DNA of 19,229 bases from Kofleriaceae bacterium (GTDB taxonomy: Bacteria > Myxococcota_A > Polyangia > Haliangiales > Haliangiaceae): the NCBI GenBank assembly GCA_046597055.1, contig JBKJLC010000014.1:1-19229 (forward strand), written 5' to 3'. Below, in pieces: positions 18,716-19,229 of this stretch. The notes under the pieces were generated by a model. That model had not been told where the DNA came from. It saw only the letters and a program-made list of their open reading frames with translations, and did no database searches. How positions within the stretch are numbered: position 1 is the stretch's first letter; each line of letters opens with the position of its first letter. The position numbers were made by a program, and so were the translations under genes.

Positions 18716-19227
18716 GCGGGCGGCGCGCGCCGGCCCTCCGCGATGCTCGCGATCGCCATGATCGTCAGCCCCATCGTCGCGAGCAGACACGTGCGCACGC
18801 GATTGATCATCGTGAACTCGAGCCCGGCCGCCGGTGACGAGCCCAGCACGCCGTACAGCATGTAGTTCCCGCCATCCGCGAGCCCGAGCCCGAGCGGGAT
18901 GACGTTCGACATCCAGTTCACCAGCATCCCGATCGACAGCATGCCGATCACGAGCGACGGCGTGAGCGGCACGTTCGCCGCGTGGAGGATGACGATCGTT
19001 CCCGTCCAGTTGAGGAGCCGCGACGCGACGACGAAGACCAGCGCGCGGCGGGTCGCGGCATCGCCGAACCGCCGGAGGTTCGTGTCGATGCCGGTGATGC
19101 GAAGCTCCCATCGCGCGGCGCGGTCGTGCGACAGCAGCCGGATCCGGGTCAGGCCATGGATCACGGTCGCGAGCGCGCCCCGCCGCGCCAGCACCACCAG
19201 CCCGATCGCGACGCCGAGCAGCAGCGC
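18709..19227 (-). CDS. Lysylphosphatidylglycerol-synthase TM / UPF0104 flippase-like membrane protein, 5'-truncated by the window edge
   Basis: The frame is open to the window end and has several hydrophobic helices. VIPLGLGLADGG...LG...INRVR resembles the family P-x-G-x-G-x-x-(E/D) and terminal R motifs. Confidence 0.7.
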   Translation of the reverse strand, partial: ALLLGVAIGLVVLARRGALATVIHGLTRIRLLSHDRAARWELRITGIDTNLRRFGDAATRRALVFVVASRLLNWTGTIVILHAANVPLTPSLVIGMLSIGMLVNWMSNVIPLGLGLADGGNYMLYGVLGSSPAAGLEFTMINRVRTCLLATMGLTIMAIASIAEGRRAPPAQ

Positions 19228-19229
19228 GG

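Overview
Very GC-rich bacterial DNA. The gene content (GltJ/AgmX-like protein, DAA-linker and DCDD-motif lipoproteins, zf-HC2/Ser-Thr kinase/WD40 fusion) points to Myxococcota; this is inference. From left to right: the 3' part of a four-helix-bundle (IVS-protein/Avd-like) gene followed by 18-bp repeats, a hairpin and a ~190-bp hexamer-periodic pyrimidine tract; two coupled MlaD/MCE genes; two lipoproteins; a divergent secreted EF-hand-motif protein; a GltJ/AgmX-like protein; a nif3-hisZ-purA operon; a repeat-containing structured intergenic region; a stand-alone B12-dependent acyl-CoA mutase large subunit with isobutyryl-CoA-mutase signature residues; a lipoprotein; an atypical ECF-type sigma factor coupled to a 1304-aa twin-ZAS/kinase/WD40 receptor; and a partial UPF0104-like membrane protein. 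The best candidates for something new are the four-helix-bundle gene with its repeat tract (the tract reads as alternating E/R in frame behind the mlaD amber stop) and the sigma/twin-zinc-finger kinase pair. All family calls come from motif recognition by eye; no searches were run.
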